A stretch of DNA of 64,000 nucleotides from the NCBI RefSeq assembly GCF_004010195.1, contig NC_057754.1:3725728-3789727 (forward strand), given 5' to 3'. A program made the position numbers and the translations under genes. How positions within the stretch are numbered: position 1 is the first letter of the stretch; the number at the start of each line of letters is the position of its first letter. Of this stretch, positions 26,249 through 40,324 are shown one piece after another. Origin of the DNA: Chiloscyllium plagiosum (lineage: Eukaryota). The notes below the pieces were generated by a model. It saw only the letters and a program-made list of their open reading frames with translations, was not told where the DNA came from and ran no database searches.

Positions 26249-27314
26249 GATTTTCTTGCTCCTTGGATGCTGCCTGACCTGCTGTGCTTTTCCAGCACCA
26301 CTCTAATCTAGACTCTGATCTCCAGCATCTACAGTCCTCACTTTTTGCCCAATTTAACAACCATGTCCCAGGCCTTGCGTGCCTTGCAAGTGCACAGGGT
26401 CATACAGCAGGGAAACAGACCCTTCAGTCCAACTGTGAGGCTTGCCATTACTGGTCAGTGTGTGGAGTACAGGAGTGGGGATCTCATGTTGGTGGCTGTA
26501 CAGGACATTGGTGAGGCCACTTTTGGAACACTGCGTTTAATTCTGGTCTCCCTGCTATAGCAAAGATGTTGTTAAACTTGAAAGGGTTCAGAAAGGATTT
26601 GCAAGGATGTTGCCAGGGGTTTGAGCTATAGGGAGACGGTGAATAGGTTGGGTTATTCTCCCTGGAGTGTTGGAGGCTGTCTGTGCTGACAAGATATTCT
26701 AAATTAATCTAGTCCCATTTGCCAGCATTTGGCACACATCCCTCTTAAACCCTTCCTATTCATATACCCATCCAAATGCCTTTTAAATGTTAATTGTACC
26801 AGCCTCCACCACCTCCTCTGGCAGCTCATTCCATACACGTACCACCCTCTGTGGAAAAAGTTGCCCCTTAGGTCCCTTTTATATCTTTTCCCTCTCACCT
26901 TAAACCTATGCCCCTCTAGTTTTGGACTCCCCTACACTGTGGAAAAGACCTTGCCTATTCACCCTATCCATGCCCCCTCATGATTTTATAAAGCTCTATA
27001 AGGTCACCCCTCAGCCTCCGATGCTCCAGGGAAAACAGCCCCAGCCTGTTCAGCCTCTCCCTATAGCTCAAACCCTCCAACCCTGACGACACCCTTACAA
27101 ACCTTTTCTGAACTCTTTCAAGTTTCACAATATCTGTGCTAAAGCGGTCCAGTGTTGTTGCCACTACAGCCATTGTCTCCTGGCATTTACCACCTTGTAT
27201 CTTCAGGGTACCCTGACCACACAATGCAGACCCATGACTCTGGGTTGATGGTGCTGTATTGCCATCCATAGCGGACGATCGTTCCAGGGATGAGGAACGT
27301 TGGTCACGTGGATA

Positions 27315-27969
27315 GATTGGGGCTGCTTTCCTCGGAGGAGGTGATTTGATAGAGATTTTAAAAATTCTGAAGGGTCTCGGGCAGGATAAGGAGAAACCAT
27401 TTCCCCCTCCGATCAAAGATTTGAGAATGAGGGGATGTGGATTTATGGTAATGAGGGATAAAGCAAAGTTAAGACAAGGAAAATCTATTTTTTTTCCCCA
27501 CAGCAAGTGGTTAGGTTCTGGGATGTATTGCCTGAGATTGTGATGGAATCATAGAGATGTACGAGATGGAAATGTGTTGCTGGAAAAGCGCAGCAGGTCA
27601 GGCAGCATCTAGGGAACAGGAGAATCGACGTTTCGGGCATTAGCCCTTCTTCAGGAATGAGGAAGAGCTAATGCCCGAAACATCGATTCTCCTGTTCCCT
27701 AGATGCTGCCTGATTGGGGCTGCTTTCCTCGGAGGAGGTGATTTGATAGAGATTTTAAAAATTCTGAAGGGTCTCGGGCAGGATAAGGAGAAACCATTTC
27801 CCCCTCCGATCAAAGATTTGAGAATGAGGGGATGTGGATTTATGGTAATTAGGGATAAAGCAAAGTTAAGACAAGGAAAATCTATTTTTCTTCCCCACAG
27901 CAAGTGGTTAGGTTCTGGGATGTATTGCCTGAGATTGTGATGGAATCATAGTGATGTACAGCATGGAAA
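27315..27969. repeat. ~250-bp near-identical direct duplication flanking a Penelope foldback element
   Basis: Copies at ~27315-27570 and ~27712-27969 differ at only a few positions. The insert between them has a hammerhead core on the minus strand (27627-27654). Confidence 0.9.
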
Positions 27970-30195
27970 CAGACCCTTCGGTCCAACTTGTCCATGCTGA
28001 CCTGATATCCCAACCCAATCTAGTCCCAGGTGCCAGCACCCGGCCCATATCCCTCCAAACTCTTCCTATTCATATACCCATCCAGATGCCTTTTAAATGT
28101 TGCAATTGTACCAGCCTCCACCACATACTCTGGCAACTCATTCCATACACGTACCACCCTCATGTGATCTACTTGAAACTTGCAGAGAGGGGGCTAGATA
28201 GTGTGGACATGGAGAAGATGTTTCCACTATTAGCAGAGGTCAGGGGCACAGCCTCAGAGGGAAAGGATGACCCTTGAGAATGGAGATGAAGGGAAACTTC
28301 TTCAGCCGGAGGGTAGTGAATCTGTGGAACTCATTGTCACAGAGGGCTGTGGAAGCCTAGTGACTGAGTGTCAGAGCTAGGGGTTCTTGATTGGTATGGG
28401 GATCAAGGGTTACGGGGAGAAGGCAGGAGAATGGGGCTGAGGAACGCAGAAGCTATGATCAAACGTCAGAGCAGACTTGGTGGACCGAATGACCTAATTC
28501 TGCTCCTATATCTAATGGATATGGTCAGGCTAAGCGAACTGGCAATAACTTGCCAGGTATATGGGAACATTCAAGGCTATGCACTTTGGCAGGAACAAGA
28601 GCTGAATATTACTTAAATGGGAAAAGAGTGCAAAATGCTACAACGCAGAGGGAATTGGATGTCCTTGCGATGAATTACATAAAAGCTAGCATTCAAATTC
28701 CGAGGTAATAGGGAAGGCAAATGGAATGTTGGCCTTTATTTCAAAGGAAATGCAGGCATAAAAACAGGGAGTACTTACTAAAACCATACAAGGCATTGGT
28801 CAGACTACAGCAGGAGTGTTGTGTAAATTTTGGGTTGCCTTATCTAAAGCATTGGAGGCAGTCCAGGTAAGGATGACTTGACTGATCCTGGTTATGGAGG
28901 GATTTTCTTTTTAATGAGGAGAGGTTGAGGAAGTTGGGTCTGTGCTCATTGGAGCTTAGAAGAATGAGAGGCAACCTTATTAAAACATGCAAGATTTGTA
29001 GACGGCTTGAGAGAGTAGATATGCAGAGGTTACAGAGTCATACAGCACGGAAACAGACCCTTTGGCCCAACCGGCCCATGCCGACCACAATCCCAAGCTA
29101 AACTAGTCCCACCTGCCTGCTCCTGGCCCATATCCCTCCAAACCCTTTCCCATTCATGTCCTTATCCAAATGTCTTTCAAACATTGTAACTGTACTCTCA
29201 TCCAATACTTCCTCTTGAAATTCATTTCACACATGAACCACTCTCTGTTTAAAAAAAATTGCCCCTCATGTCTTTATTAAATCTTTCTCCTCTCACCTTT
29301 TTAAAAAAAAATGTGACCCCTAGTCTTGAAATCCCTCACCCTGAGGAAAAGACACCTGTCATTCAGCTTACGTATACCCCTCATGATTTTATAAACCTCT
29401 ATAAGGTCACCCCTCAACCTCCTACGCTGCAGAGAAAGAAGTCCCGGCCTCCTTATAACTCAAACCTTGTATTCCCATCCAGGTAAAGCTCTTCTGAACC
29501 CTCTCCAGCTTAAAATATCCTTTGTTGTTCCTTCTTGTGGGAGTGTCCAGGGCTGATGGCATAATTTCAGAATAAGGGGTCACACATTTAAGATGGAGAT
29601 GAGGAGGAATTTCTTCTCACATAAGATAGGGAAACTGAGGAATTCTTTACTGCAGAGAGCTTTCAGTACTGGGTTATTAGGTAGATTCAGAGCTAACAAA
29701 GACTGATTCCTAATCAGTTCGGGGAAAAGGCAGGAAAGTGGAGTTGAAGATGATCAGATCAGCCATGGTCTCATTGAATGCTGGAGTAGACCTAATGGGC
29801 CGAATGGCCTACTTCTGTTCCTACGTCTACTGGATCTTTTTATACGTCCATGTGAGAAGGTAGAGTTTAACGCCCCACTTGAAAAAAGGCTCATCTGAGA
29901 GGTTAACACTCCCTCACTACTGCAAGGCCAATGTCAGCCTGCATTGTGTGCTCAAGTCTTTGTCAGACTGGAATCCAGTTCACACACAGGTTTCCATAGG
30001 CCAGTTTTTAGCTGATGTTCGTATTGGGATCCATTTGCAGGCACGCTGACTCTAACTGGGGTACGGCTCCCACATACGCACACTCACTCTTACTGGAGTA
30101 CATTATCTCTCTCTCTCACTCTCTCTCTCTCTTACTCACGCCTCTCACTCTCTCTTTCTCTCTTCTCTCTCACTCACGCTCTCCTTTCTCTCCCT

Positions 30196-32510
30196 GAGGT
30201 ACGGGATCCCACCCACACACTCTCTCACTGACACTAACTGGGGCATGGGATCCCACACACACACTCTGACACTAACTGGGGCATGGGATCCCACACACAC
30301 ACTCTGACACTAACTGGGGCACGGGATCCCTCACACACACTCTGACACTAACTGGGGCACGGGATCCCTCACACACACTCTGACACTAACTGGGGCACGG
30401 GATCCCTCACACACACTCTGACACTAACTGGGGCACGGGATCCCTCACACACACTCTGACACTAACTGGGGCACGGGATCCCTCACACACACTCTGACAC
30501 TAACTGGGGCACGGGATCCCTCACACACACTCTGACACTAACTGGGGCACGGGATCCCTCACACACACTCTGACACTAACTGGGGCACGGGATCCCTCAC
30601 ACACACTCTGACACTAACTGGGGCACGGGATCCCTCACACACACTCTGACACTAACTGGGGCACGGGATCCCTCACACACACTCTGACACTAACTGGGGC
30701 ACGGGATCCCTCACACACACTCTGACACTAACTGGGGCACGGGATCCCTCACACACACTCTGACACTAACTGGGGCACGGGATCCCTCACACACACTCTG
30801 ACACTAACTGGGGCACGGGATCCCTCACATACACTCTGACACTAACTGGGGCACGGGATCCCTCACACACACTCTGACACTAACTGGGGCACGGGATCTC
30901 TCACACACACACTCTGACTAACTGGGGCGCACGGGATCCCACACACACACTCTGACTCTAACTGGGGCACGGGATCCCACACACACACTCTGACACTAAC
31001 TGGGGCACGGGATCCCACACACACACTCTGACTCTAACTGGGGCACGGGATCCCTCACACACACTCTGACACTAACTGGGGCACGGGATCCCTCACACAC
31101 ACTCTGACTCTAACTGGGGCACGGGATCCCTCACACATACACTCTGACACTAACTGGGGCACGGGATCCCTCACATACACTCTGACACTAACTGGGGCAC
31201 GGGATCCCTCACACACACTCTGACACTAACTGGGGCACGGGATCTCTCACACACACTCTGACACTAACTGGGGCACGGGATCCCACACACACACTCTGAC
31301 ACTAACTGGGGCACAGGATCTCTCACACACACACTGACACTAACTGGGGCACGGGATCCCTCACACACACACTGACTCTGAAACTGGGGCACGGGATCCC
31401 TCACACACACTCTGACACTAACTGGGGCACGGGATCCCACACACACTCTGACACTAACTGGGGCACAGGATCTCTCACACACACTCTGACACTAACTGGG
31501 GCACGGGATCCCACACACACACTCTGACACTAACTGGGATACGGGATCCCTCAAACACACTCTGACACTAACTGGGGCACGGGATCCCTCACACACACTG
31601 ACTCTGAAACTGGGGCACGGGATCTCTCACACACACTCTGACACTAACTGGGGCAAGGGATCCCACACACACACTCTGACACTAACTGGGGCACGGGATC
31701 CCTCACACACACTGACTCTGAAACTGGGGAACGGGATCCCTCACACACACTCTGACACTAACTGGGGCACGGGATCCCTCACACACACTGACTCTGAAAC
31801 CGGGGCACGGGATCTCTCACACACACTCTGACACTAACTGGGGCACGGGATCCCACACACACACTGACTCTGACACTAACTGGGGTATGGGATCCCTCAC
31901 ACACACTCTGACACTAACTGGGGCACGGGATCCCTCACACACACTCTGACACTAACTGGGGAACGGGATCCCACACACACACTCTGACACTAACTGGGGT
32001 ATGGGATCCCACCCACACACTCTGACACTAACTGGGGCACGGGATCCCACACACACACTCTGACACTAACTGGGGTATGGGATCCCATACACACACTCTG
32101 ACACTAACTGGGGCACGGGATCCCTCACACACACTCTGACACTAACTGGGGCACGAGGGCTCTCACACACACACTCTGACACTAACTGGGGTAGGGGATC
32201 CCACACACACACTCTGACTCTAACTGGGGCACGGGATCTCTCACACACACTCTGACACTAACTGGGGTATGGGATCCCACACACACACACTCTGACTCTA
32301 ACTGGGGCACGGGATCTCTCACACACACTCTCTCTCTGAATCTCACTGGGGCACGGGATCCCACACACACACTCTGACTCTAACTGGGGCACGGGATCCC
32401 TCACACAGTCACACACACACTCTCCCTCTGACTCTAGCTGGGGCACGGGATCACACACACTTATTTGGGTACGGGCTACACACACATTCTGACTCTCACT
32501 GGGGCACGGA
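30196..32510. repeat. 38-bp minisatellite (~60 copies) in the FAM89B intron
   Basis: Unit CTGACACTAACTGGGGCACGGGATCCCTCACACACACT; homogeneous at 30320-30890 and more variable distally. Confidence 0.97.
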
Positions 32511-33614
32511 ATTGATCTCTCTCTCACACATATACCACGAGAGTTAGAGTGTGTATGGGGTCCTCCCCACCTAACACAGACACACACAGACTCTCACTGG
32601 GGTGGGCTTGGGGGCGCGCGGATCATGATACTGTACAAACTACAGCTGAACTATTTTCCTTTCCTGTGCATGTACGTATTGGCCTGGAGCTGAGCTCAGC
32701 ACAGGGAGTGCTCTGGACAAGCTGTGCCTGTCCTGGCCTTGTGTGAACAATGTCTTCCCAGTTTGCTTTTGCTCATGCTGTGCCTGAAAGGGCACTTTGT
32801 TTCTTTCTGTCAGATTCAGCACCTGCTGGTGGAAGGCGAGGATTGTGTTTAAGGCCCAGTGGACCTGCAGTCACATCTGCTCCTGTTTATTCAGGCTGTC
32901 CAGCCTGTCCTTGCATCTGGCTCACAGGACATCCTGAATAACCCGCTTACCAGCGGTATAGTTAGTCAGGACAGTTCCCTAAGCCCCCTACCCTTTCCTT
33001 CTAACTTCCATCAGGCAAACTCTCCAGCTGAAAGGTTCTGCATGGACTAACTCCCTGCACTTGCCAAGCTCCTGTGTAGAAGGAACAGCCACGAGGGGCT
33101 TTATGACCCCCCTGCCCCTACCCCCGGGCTCCACCCCATCCCACCTTGACAGTCCAGCCCTTGCTACACCCTCCCTAGCCCAAGCACTCCATTCTGTGCT
33201 TCTGCTGAGCACAGTTTAATCAAGAGCGTTTGAAGACATGGGGTTTGGATAAGCAGGCATCCAGACTGATGCACCCTTCCCTTCCCTCTCCCCTAACCCT
33301 GGGGTCTCCCACCCACAATCGGGAGTGGGACGCCTGGCTGATTTCTCAGGGAGGGGTGGAGATGACCCCTGGCTGATTACCTCTGACCCTGGGGAGAGTG
33401 ATTGGCAGCAGAGGAATCATGGCTAATTCTCCCCTGGGGTCACCGGACAACCGTCGGGAAGACTTCTCCCCGAGAGCCTTGAAAACCAGCTGTGGTCTTC
33501 TGTCGTTGGTGCCAAGGTGGAGGAGGGGGCAGCTCACAATTGTTCCCCCACACCCCTTGGTACGCCAGGTGTGTTTCCCCGCCTCTGCCCGATCTTGTCT
33601 CTCCTCCTCTACAG

Positions 33615-33890
33615 GTAGGCCTGCGACAGCTCGACATGTCCCTCCTCTGCCAACTGTGGTCGCTGCACGAGTCCATTCAGGACTACAAGGGCCTGTACCA
33701 GGACATGACCTCGTCCATGCACTCCTATGCCTCGGAAAATCCCGACTATGATGACGAGGATGAGTTGGAAGCCGACGAGGACGGCTCGGACCGCTGCAAG
33801 GACGACGTGGCGCACAAGAGTCTGAAAGTCCCCCCGACGCAGAACTCCCGGGACAAGTGGCTGCAGGATTCTTTCCACATTACAATATAA
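33615..33890 (+). CDS. FAM89B: FAM89B exon 2 (174-aa protein in total)
   Basis: Encodes VGLRQLDMSLLCQLWSLHESIQDYKG ... RDKWLQDSFHITI*, with a FAM89B-type C-terminus. ctctacag acceptor. Confidence 0.93.
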   Translation, partial: VGLRQLDMSLLCQLWSLHESIQDYKGLYQDMTSSMHSYASENPDYDDEDELEADEDGSDRCKDDVAHKSLKVPPTQNSRDKWLQDSFHITI

Positions 33891-34436
33891 TTATATCGCT
33901 TCCAGGTTCTGCCTTTCCTTTTGTAAAAAAAAAAATTCATTCCTGCGATGTGTTTTTCACCGGCAGGGACGAGCATTGTCATCCCTCGTGGAAGTGGTGG
34001 TGAGCTGAGAGACTGGGCTCCCGTTACCTAAATGGGGCGGTTAGGGGGTCAGGAAGGCAGATTTCTTTTCCCGTAGCGATGTTAGGGGACTTAGAGCAGC
34101 CTCATGACCGCACAGATTCCCGAGCGGGGCAGGCAGGGTCTGGGATGAGAGGGTGGGATTGGTAAAGTGGGAGGGAGGAGAGAACACACAGCAGCATTGC
34201 ATCTGGTCACTTTTGGAGCTCCCCTTCTCACACCGTCTTGGTTTCCTGATGCATTCCGAATTCCAGTCGACAGGCATGCAGCGGCCTCAGCTCTCCTGTC
34301 GACTCAATCCACTGCTCGGGAATTCTTAGCAAGGGATTGTTTCTTCATTCTGACGCAGTCTGCCATAGTCAATTTTCTTTTATCTGCGATCGTAGCAAAA
34401 TCAGGGCAAACTCTCCCTGTTCAGAATCAGATTTCA

Positions 34437-34592
34437 TACCCCCAGTGAGACTGTGTGTGTGTGAGCCCGTACCCCAGTGAGAGTCTGTGTGTGGGTGTGT
34501 GTGTCTGTGTCCATACCCCAGTGAGAGTGTGTGTGTGTCCATGTCCATGTGTGTCCATACCCCAGTGAGAGTATGTGTCAGTGTCCATACCC

Positions 34593-34625
<33 letters not shown>

Positions 34626-34900
34626 TCCATACCCCAGTGAGAGTCTCTGTGTCCCTACCCCAGTGAGTGTGTGTGTGTGAGTCCATACCCCAGTGAGAGT
34701 GTGTGTGTGTCTGTGTCCATGTGTGTCCATACCCCAGTGAGAGTGTGTGTGTGTGTGTGGCAGCCTGTACCCCAGTGAGAGTCTGTGTGTGTGAGGCAGC
34801 CTGTACCCCAGTGAGAGTCTGTATGTGTGCATGTGTGTGGCCCAAACCCTGATAAGGGTGAGTGTGTGTGTCAGAGCCATACCCAAGTAAGAGTCAGTAT
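34437..34900. repeat. CCATACCCCAGTGAGAG(TG)n minisatellite in the probable FAM89B 3' UTR
   Basis: ~13 variable units; reverse-complement relative of the intronic 38-bp array. Confidence 0.85.
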
Positions 34901-35156
34901 GTGATCCAGGATTTCTGTCCTGTTCATCTCTTGTAGCTGGCAATGTAATTTGCTGACAATGAAATTGAGATGTTTGTTACTTTGAAACAAAATGCATGTT
35001 CATGTTATAAAGTTAGAATTCTGAAATCTATGTTAGAAGACAGGAGTTTTTGTATAATTTATATTTAGCATTGCTTTATTTTTCAGTTGAGCAGCAGACA
35101 CACGTTAAGTTATACACTATATGGTTTTATCACATGACATGTAACCATTAATTATA

Positions 35157-35162
35157 AATAAA
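35157..35162 (+). terminator. Putative FAM89B poly(A) signal
   Basis: AATAAA at the end of an AU-rich segment, followed by a T-rich tract. Confidence 0.55.
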
Positions 35163-35649
35163 TGAATTTGACTTACCTTTTTTTTTGGATATGCGTTATG
35201 CTGCCTGATATTTATGTTCCATCTCAGTGGGGGATTTTGGTGTTCAGAATGGACCATTTTCTACTTTACATCCCCATCAAACACTCCGAGACGGGGAAAG
35301 CATGGTGGTTCAGTGATCAGCACTACTGCCTCACAGTGCCAGGGATTTGATGCCACTCTCGGGCGACTGACTGCGTGGAGTTTGCTCATTTTCCATCTAT
35401 CTGTGTGGGTTTCCTCTGGGTGCTCAGTTACCTCCAACAGTCCAAAGATGTGCAGGTTAGGTGGACTGACTATGCTAAATTGCCCATAGTGTGCAGACTA
35501 GGTGGACTGCAGTCATGGGAAATGCAGTCACAGGAATAGGCTAGAGAAGGTGTGTCTGGGTGGGATGTCCTGTGAAGGGGTATTGTGGGCATGATGGGCT
35601 GAATGACCTGCTTCCATAATATAGGGATTCTATGATTCATATGTCTACA

Positions 35650-36130
35650 GACACAGTAAAGCTCTCTCTACTTTTTAAAATTCAAAACAAAGTTCCCTTG
35701 ACATTGCCCCTATCAAACACTCAAAGCTTAGGAATACCGTGGGGTTAGATACAGTGTAAAACTCCCTCTACTCTTTTTGAATTGAATGTAACCAGAAAGT
35801 AAAGCTTCCTCAACATTTTCCCCATCAGGTATTCCTAGGACAGGGACAGCACAGGGTTAGAAACAGAGTAAAGCTCCCTCTACACTGTCCCCCTATCAAA
35901 CACTCCCAGGACAGGGACAGCACAGGGTTAGATATAGAGTAAAGCTCCTGCTACTAAACAGAATGTAAAGCTCTCTCTACACTTCTGAACTGAAAGTAAA
36001 GTGCCCCCATCAGACACTTCCTGGGATAGCATAGAGTTAGATTCAGAGTAATCTCCCCAACTCTCAAACTGGAGTAAAAGTCCCTAGACTCTGCCCCCAT
36101 CAGACACTCCTAAGACAGGTAAAGCACAGG
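35650..36130. repeat. Degenerate ~67-bp tandem repeat (inverse of 16650-17000)
   Basis: Units CCCCTATCAAACACTCCCAGGACAGGGACAGCACAGGGTTAGATATAGAGTAAAGCTC. Confidence 0.8.
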
Positions 36131-39100
36131 AACTTGTGCCAATATTGCCAGCCATTGGCAGTGGAATGTGATGCCAATGAAATATGCTTTGTCCTGGATG
36201 GTGTCGAGATTCTTGAGTGTTGATGAAGCTGCATTCATCCATCCAGGTAAGTGGGGGAGTATTCCATCACACTCCCGACTTGTGCCTTGGTTGATGGCGG
36301 ACAGGTTTTAGGGAGTAAGAAAATCGTTGTAGAACTCCCAAGGGTTTCTGAGATTGACAAACATCCCATTCAAAGCGATAGAGCAGATATTTTTGAATCT
36401 GTTTGATCAGAGACAGTATCGCCACTCCCTGGAGCAGGTGGGACTTGAACCCGCGTCCACGGACTCAGAGCAGGAACACAACTCCCAGCTTCCCTCTGGT
36501 ATAAATGGTTTCTCACAGAGCCACCGGGAAGCTGTTAATGGAGGCGATACCCTGGACACCGTCCACAAGGCCAGCATTTACTGCTCCGTGAAATGAGTGC
36601 CTTGCTCATTTCAGGAGGCAGTTAAGCGTCTTAAGAACATAGGAACTAGAAGCAAAAGCAGGCCATTCGGCCCCTCGAGCCTGCTCTACTATTCAATAAG
36701 ATGGTGGCTGAGTCTTTTCATGAGCTGAGCTCCACTTACCCGCCCTCTCACCATAACCCTTTATTCCTTTACTGTTCAAAAACATATCTTTCTTTGCCTT
36801 ATAAACATTCAGCGACATAGCCTCATTGCGCAGAGAATTCCACAGATTCACATCCCTTTGGGGTGAATAAATTCCTCCTGGGCTCTGTCCGAAATCTGCT
36901 CCCTCTTATTTTGAGGCTGAGTCGAACAGGTGGTTGTGGAGAGTAAATGTGGAAGGTGTTGGGGCGTGGTTTCAAGTTTCTGGAGGGTTGTTGGGACTGC
37001 ACTCCCCCAGACAAGCGGACAGTATTCCATCACACTCCTAACATGTGTCTTGTCAACGGTGGACAAGTTTCTGGGGTTGAGTGGGAGGGTGTTAGGAGGC
37101 ACATTAATTACTGCAGAATTCCTTAGCCTCTGAGCTGCCCTTTTATCTGGTTCAGTTTCTGGTCAACGGTGGCTCCCAGGATATTGATCATGAGGAATAT
37201 AGCAATACCAACAAATGTCCAGTGGACAGGTTAAGGGAATACAAGGAGAATCTCATCTTCTCCCACGTTAACGGGTGCAGACTTGACGAGAAAAGACTGT
37301 ACAGGGCAGCAAGTTGGGGATTGCCCAATCTAAAAAAAACTGTGCAGCTTTCAACTCTTTCCACAGGGGAACCTCAATGCCATTTCCAGCTTTGAGAAAG
37401 AAGAAAGAATTGCATTTCTGTAGCACCTTTCACAATGCCCTAATGTCTTTTACACTGCTTTTGAAACATAAAGTACGAAACAGGGCAGGCGATTTATACA
37501 CAGCACAGTTCCATGGATGGCTCTGTGTATGTCACCTGTGGCCAGGTTAGAATCGATAGACTCAAGTCTAACTTCAAGGCTATGCCGTGAAAAAGAACGA
37601 GGCTGAAGCTCCAGTGTCACACAGAGGAGGTGCTGCACTGTCACAGGTGACATCTCTCAATGAGAGGTGAAACCAAAGTCTACGCAGGTAGCTTTAAAAG
37701 TTGCCACGGCAATATAGAGTCATAGAGCACGGAAACAGACCCTTCAGCCCAACCAGTCCATAATCCCAAACTAGACTAGTCCCACCTGCCTGCTCCTGAC
37801 CCATATCCCTCCAAACCCTTTCCTATTCACGTCCTTATCCAAATGTCTTTTAAACATTGTTACCATACCCACATCCCCCACTTCCTCAGGATGTTCATTC
37901 TACACACCACCCTCTGTGTTTAGTATGCTGTCGAAGATCTGGTTAGTTATCCCCTATATCCTGGTCAGTACTGATTTACCTAAAGGACGTTTCTCCTTGT
38001 GGGGAGACTAAAATTAGGGCACATCATTTAATGTTTAAGTCAGAGGTTGAGGAGAAATATTTTCTCGATGAGGATGTGGAATGTTCATCCCCAGATGGTA
38101 GTGGAGTCTGTGTGAAATATCATTTAATATTTTAAAAGAATATATATACTTTTAAGAACAATGTCTAGAGTCACAGTCATGGAAACAGACCCTTCGGTCC
38201 AACCAGTCCATACTGACCACAATTTTAAACTAAACTAAACCTTCCTGCCCATTCCCCAGCTGATTGCCTGAGAGTCCAATCTAACCCCCTCCATAAAGTC
38301 ATACAGCACAGAAACAGACCCTTCAGCCCAACCAGTCCAAACTAGACCCACCTGCCTGCTCCTGGCCCATATCCTTTCCTATTCATGCACTTATCCAATG
38401 TCTTTTAAGCCCATATCCACTACTTCCTCAGTAAGTTCATTCCAAACACAAACCACCATCTGTGTAAAACATTCACCCCTCGTGTCTTTTTCAAATCCCT
38501 CTCCTCACCTTAAAAATGTGTCCCCTGTTTTTGAAATTCCCCATCCCAGGGGAAAGACAACTATCATTAACTCTGTCTATACCCTTCATTATTTTATAAG
38601 CTTCTGTCAGGTCGCCTCTCAGGCTCCAGGGAAAGGAGTCCCATTTACAAGAAAGTTGCCAGTGCTTGAAAATTGTAACTGCAGGGAAAAGGTGGTGGGA
38701 CTAGGATTGTTTTCCCTAGAACAGAGGCAGCAGTGGGGTGATTTAATTGAGTTGTGCAGAATCATGAGGGATTTGAGGAGAGTACACAAGAAAAACAGGT
38801 TTTCCCTCGGGGAAAAGTCAACTCCCAGGGGGCACAGATTTAAGGTGATCGGTCGAAGGGTTGGAGAAGCTTTGAGGAGACTATTTTTTTATTCCAGAGG
38901 AAGGTACGTGTCTGGAATTCACTGCCCAGTTGGCAATTGAGGTGGAAATCCTCAATTCATGTGAGACGAATCTGGATCTATACCTGCTGTAACCTACAAG
39001 GCTCCAGGTCAAGTGCTGTAGAGTAGGATTAGAATGGGCGGTTTGTTTATTTGGCCGGCTGAATGGCCATTTTTTGGACTGTAACTTTTTTATGGTTCTG

Positions 39101-40324
39101 CAGGTCTTTTAAGTTTATTCCAGGCCGAATTAGATATCTGCTTGACGGATAACAGAACTGAGGATTATGGGGTGCAAACAGACATAGAGACCACAACCAG
39201 ATCAGACATGATTTTACTGATCACAAGTACTGAGTCGTGGAGCAGGGTTAAAGGACCAAGCAGTCTACTGTCATCCTGCTCGTAGGATTTTGAGACTAGG
39301 GGGCACCTTTTTAAGGTGGGAGGAGAGAGATTTAAAAAAGGACACGAGGGCCAATGCTTTTACAGAGGGTGGTTCACGTGTGAAATGAACTTCCTGAGGA
39401 AGTGGTGGACTGTGGGTACAGTTACAACATTTAAAAGACATTTGGATAAGATTAGATTACATTAGATTAATTACAGTGTGCAAACAGGCCCTTTGGCCCA
39501 ACAAGTCCACACCGACCCTCCGAAGAGCAACCCACCCAGACCCATTCCCCTACATTTACCCCTTCACCTAACACTTCGGGTAATTTAGCCTGGCCAATTC
39601 ACCCAACCTGCACATCTTTGGACTGTGAGAAGAAACCGGAGCACCCGGAGGAAACCCATGCAGACATGGGGAGAATGTGCAAACTCCACACAGACAATTA
39701 TAGGAAAGGGTTTGGAGGGATATGGGCCAGGAACAGACAAGTGGGACTCATTTACTTTGGGGGTTAGATTTGGCATGGGCTGGCTTTGATACACAACTGT
39801 TTTTTGAAAAAAAGCCACATTATCTGGTCAATATCACATTGCTCTTTGTAGATTATTGATTGCAAACCAACCGCCACATTAAAACAATCACTACACTTCA
39901 AATTCGTTTTTAACAAATGCAAGGCACTTTGGTGGTTGTGAAAGGCGCTATACAAATGCAAGTTTTTTTTATTATTCTCCACTTCTTCCATTCGCTCAGA
40001 ACCTATCGATAGCATTTCTGTCTCTTCCCCCATGCTGACGAAAAACCATCTACCTGAAATCTTAACTCCCACTTACTTAACTCTTAACTCTCCACTTACA
40101 CTGCCTAACCAACCGAGTATATCATGTAATTCTGTTTCGATACTGCTGAGTAAATCTGGATGCAAAGTTTGGTCTGGTCTGGTTTGAATTGTTTGGCCAG
40201 TGATTCTGCAGATCAGAAAATATCTCAATTTTCAACTGCAGGTCAACATTTGAATCTTTAAAAATGGGATTGCTGTGTGTTGGAATATTCCTGCTTAATA
40301 AATCTTCCATATATACTTTTTTTT

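Noticed and set aside
30196-32510. CRISPR-like regular array
   Set aside because: Head-to-tail 38-bp units with no unique spacers, in a vertebrate intron: a minisatellite.
38398-38940. 180-aa ORF
   Set aside because: Chance fusion of antisense and sense CR1 fragments.
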